A stretch of 62,562 nt of DNA, counting the filler, from Chiloscyllium plagiosum (taxonomy: Eukaryota): assembly GCF_004010195.1 (NCBI RefSeq). It is 6 parts of one record of this genome, joined end to end, with 100 filler letters (N's around TTAATTAATTAA, not from the genome) between each part and the next. Parts side by side here need not be neighbours in the genome. Positions count along the whole stretch, not along the records: positions 52,781 to 62,562 come from NC_057717.1; 5 more parts are not named here. One strand, given 5' to 3'. The notes under the pieces were generated by a model that did not search any database, was not told the origin of the DNA, and saw nothing but the letters and a program-made list of their open reading frames with translations. This document shows positions 62,221-62,562 of the stretch, piece after piece (within the stretch, counting starts at the first letter, position 1; each line of letters opens with the position of its first letter). A program made the translations under genes and the position numbers.

Positions 62221-62562
62221 AATATTTGACAGAGAAGTGAGTCACGGATAATGGGATACAGGCAGTAAAGTAGGGCTGACAACATAACATGATCAGCCAC
62301 AATCTTAGTTTCTGGTGAAGAAGGCTCAAAGTATCTAATGTCCCATCCTTACTCCTCAGTCCCATGTTTCTATATTCCATTCAGCTCCTCAAACCTGTTA
62401 GACAGGAGCAGTTGGACGCTACTTACTCCTATAACCTGTTGCACAGAAACGGCGGAGACCATTCAGCCTTTCAAGACTGTCCCACATGCTTTGAGGTGAT
62501 TTGGGAAATGTAATTGGAAAATCCAGACTGGGTATGAAAGAGGCCCCTCATCTCTCTTTACG

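Overview
Eukaryotic, repeat-dense draft-genome window, inferred to be an elasmobranch (shark/ray) from HE1/V-SINEs and abundant CR1 LINEs. It is several contigs joined by N-runs, five of them containing an artificial TTAATTAATTAA spacer. Most bases are decayed mobile elements: CR1, Rex1/Babar, a Tx1-type element with a nested same-clade insertion, three copies of one L1 multiplied by segmental duplication, Penelope-like elements with minimal hammerhead-ribozyme motifs, V-SINEs and PIF/Harbinger Myb-ORF relics. The host-gene content is a cluster of two-exon, GPR139/GPR142-like class A GPCR paralogs. Four first exons (23.6 kb +, 44.1 kb +, 45.5 kb +, 49.0 kb -) encode 14-aa Met-initiated tandem repeats and end in YYPILA..GVP-G|GT; two are frameshifted. 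One second exon (57.5-58.3 kb, -) has a frameshift and a TM4-TM5 deletion. The cluster lies in tandem and inverted segmental duplications, consistent with birth-and-death evolution. Repeat coordinates are approximate (read by eye) and no database search was run.
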